A stretch of 63,679 nt of DNA, counting the filler, from Pelomyxa schiedti (lineage: Eukaryota > Protista > Evosea): assembly GCA_020536535.1 (NCBI GenBank). It is 9 parts of 9 records of this genome, joined end to end, with 100 filler letters (N's around TTAATTAATTAA, not from the genome) between each part and the next. Parts side by side here need not be neighbours in the genome. Positions count along the whole stretch, not along the records: positions 60,472 to 63,679 come from JAHLWZ010001798.1; 8 more parts are not named here. One strand, written 5' to 3'. Below, one piece after another: positions 62,641-63,679 of the stretch; within the stretch, counting starts at the first letter, position 1, and every line of letters begins with the position of its first letter. The notes under the pieces were generated by a model. The model worked only from the letters and a program-made list of their open reading frames with translations, ran no database searches and was not told the DNA's origin. Both the position numbers and the translations under genes were made by a program.

Positions 62641-63311
62641 TCAATAGTGCAGGTAGACTTGCAGGAGATAGTATGACATTCTGTACAAGCTGAAAAAGAA
62701 GGAGATAACAAAGTAGAACAGCCGGAAGAAAGTGAACACTTTGAGCTGTAGTAGAGTATTTGGGACCCCGGCGGGATCACTCCTGTACTTCTTTGTTATC
62801 CAGCTGTAAATGATGTGAGTTGTAAGGAAACCAAAAAGGAAATAGCGAACCTAAAGAAGTAAAGTAGCCCAATTGGCATATGGTATAGAACTTCCGGCCA
62901 GAGAGCAGCAACAAGAAAAGCGGAGAATAAGAACACAAAACAGTAGAACTCCTTCTGCATCAGCCTGTTCAGTGATTTTTTTTGTATGACAAGGTCAGCC
63001 AGTGAAAAAATAAGAACGCAATTCCAGAATGTAATAATATCACTATGGCAAAAAAGTAGAACACATACGGGGGCATTTTTTCAATCAAATCGCGTTTATG
63101 AATGAACTTGGCGTCATAGTCACTGATGTGTATTACCTATTTGTTGACCCATAATAGTCAAAATAACTTAGAAAAAAAGCGAGAAAAACCCTCCCACAAG
63201 TAAGGTGCATACACCCACCTGAGCGACGACGAATGCCACCAACACCAGGCTGCAGGTGAGGCCACACAGCCACGACACCATACACGGGGCCACTATCAGT
63301 TCCAACACCAT
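62641..63311 (-). CDS. Cornichon/Erv14 family ER cargo receptor
   Basis: Spliced LCGLTCSLVLVAFVVAQ|VIHISDYDAKFIHKRDLIEKMPP|LMQKEFY..YHMPIGLLY..FRLFYFVISFFFSLYRM, parallel to cornichon (SDLE.DYINP.D....NP...PEY; KL.FYL..FF.YLY.M). Missed by the ORF track. Confidence 0.8.
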
Positions 63312-63679
63312 CCCCTGTATCACTTATGGGTGTGTCTCGGCTTTTTATATATCGCTACCAACAACACTCGGGTGCCCGGATCCACCACTGAAAACGACGC
63401 CGCTTCGCCTGAGAATCGTTCGTGGGATTCAACTAATGGGAGGAGGATGAGGACTAAAGTGCTGGGAATGAGCCTCAGTGGTTTCCTCCTGAGCATCTGA
63501 GGGAGTGTTCCAGGCCCCTCTGACTCGGCGGGTGAATCAGCAATCTCTCGACAAGAACAAAAAAAAATGACAAAAGAAAGAAGAAAATGAACGTGGTGGG
63601 TGACGGCGACGCCGACGCAAAACGCGACAGCCGCAGCGGTGGCTATGGCGACGCCTCTGGCGGCGTCGGTGCCGACGCG

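Overview
Eukaryotic (protist) genomic DNA, not prokaryotic. It is gene-dense, with many short (mostly ~40-80 nt) canonical GT-AG introns and the standard genetic code. Eight N-TTAATTAATTAA-N spacers show that the window is nine scaffolds concatenated artificially, so adjacency across the spacers means nothing. Gene content (SHK-type kinase-SH2, DPE2, Costars, two RasGAPs, expanded lineage-specific families) points to an amoebozoan, probably an archamoeba such as Pelomyxa (inference). Recognisable genes: RRM fusion, Lines/LINS1-like, SHK-like kinase (one full and two partial copies), UBXN4-like, ZNRF-type RING E3, degenerate G-alpha with an inserted F-box, two RasGAPs, ComEC-like metallo-beta-lactamase, DPE2, Costars, VPS9 GEF, dCache sensor and cornichon. 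The most unusual part is a ~2.2-kb non-coding interval (10460-12630). It holds a minus-strand array of six ~177-bp intron+exon units with an invariant TACTAAC branch point and a covarying hairpin. Head-to-head with it, behind a TATA box, is a ~1-kb, very densely base-paired plus-strand RNA candidate that I cannot assign to a known family. All gene models were spliced by eye and no searches were run.
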